Shown here: positions 63,193 to 64,000 of the stretch, piece by piece
Numbering within the stretch: the stretch's first letter is position 1
How the letters are laid out: each line of letters opens with the position of its first letter
NCBI RefSeq assembly: GCF_009914755.1
Contig: NC_060929.1
Origin: the human T2T-CHM13v2.0 reference genome, Homo sapiens
DNA length: 64,000 nucleotides
Reading direction: 5' to 3' (one strand)
Notes under the pieces: generated by a model
Database searches by the model: none
What the model saw: only the letters and a program-made list of their open reading frames with translations
What the model was told of the DNA's origin: nothing
Program-made: the position numbers and the translations under genes

Positions 63193-64000
63193 ACCACTTA
63201 ACCACAGAGCAGCCTGAACAGTGGGTTTGCTAATCTGTGTGGAGAGAATTAAGTAGCAAAGCTTGACTTGAGATACATTACTAGCTTCTCTGCTTCACCT
63301 TAAATTTATATAAACTATTTTATAAAGCATTCAAACATTTCCATTTAATGAGGATCAACTGTCTTCAGAGTAAGTCTTACCATAAGTAAAATAAATGGTT
63401 GCTTCCCGAAAGGGATTTCAAGAATCTGATACCTAAAATCCTTTCCTTACCTGGCTCAATGGCTCCTAGAGTTCCATAATTAGAATGTTTTAACTTTGAC
63501 AATGAGACTATGAACTCTACAAGGTAAGGAGGATTTCTTAATTGTTGAACAGAAAACCTCATATCACCAGAGTGACCTAAACAAAGTAGGTGGTCAATAA
63601 ATTTTAGTGAAAGGTGCTGCCTTGGGTAAACAGCAAATGCCCTTAGTTTATACATGTTAAGCCCCATAAAAATACAGTTCTAATTATAGTCCTTAACATG
63701 AATGAATTAGTCAGATTCTTTTCTGAGAACAGGTCACAGGAGAGGTAAACTATATGTACTTCCAAGAATGTCATTCCTTTACAGTTTTGCTTAGGGTTAT
63801 CCCTGACTGCCAACAGAGGAACCCTTTCCATTTCAGTACACATTGCCTCCTTAGGCCATTAAGGGGTCCCAGTAATTCCTCACAGATCAGCAGCCAGAAA
63901 GAACTTATCTAACATTTCATTTTGGAATTAATCTTTGATTCTTGAAAACATATCAAGTATATTAATCAACCACAGTTTCAGCAGTTGAAACTTCCACATC

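Overview
Human genomic DNA. The primate Alu/L1 content and a human-specific AluYb8 point to human, and the genes match the MTREX/PLPP1 locus, which I recall as 5q11. The + strand carries the last five coding exons of MTREX (SKIV2L2/MTR4, the nuclear exosome RNA helicase), ending ...DIVFAASLYL* at 18081. The - strand carries the last four coding exons of PLPP1 (PPAP2A/LPP1 lipid phosphate phosphatase), ending ...NHQP* at 18515. The two genes are convergent and their 3' ends overlap. The rest is intron dense in repeats: about 40 Alus, two long decayed L1s, four solo LTRs and several DNA-transposon fossils, including a TTAA-bounded piggyBac (Looper-like) relic. Nearly all supplied ORFs are repeat-derived noise. 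I found no convincing new biological system. The best leads are the overlapping bidirectional 3'-end region, where the long MTREX 3'UTR is antisense to PLPP1's last splice acceptor, the piggyBac fossil, the young AluYb8, a 70-bp spaced duplication and a four-layer retrotransposon nest. Repeat subfamily names come from recalled consensus sequences and repeat boundaries are approximate. Exon boundaries were read base by base.
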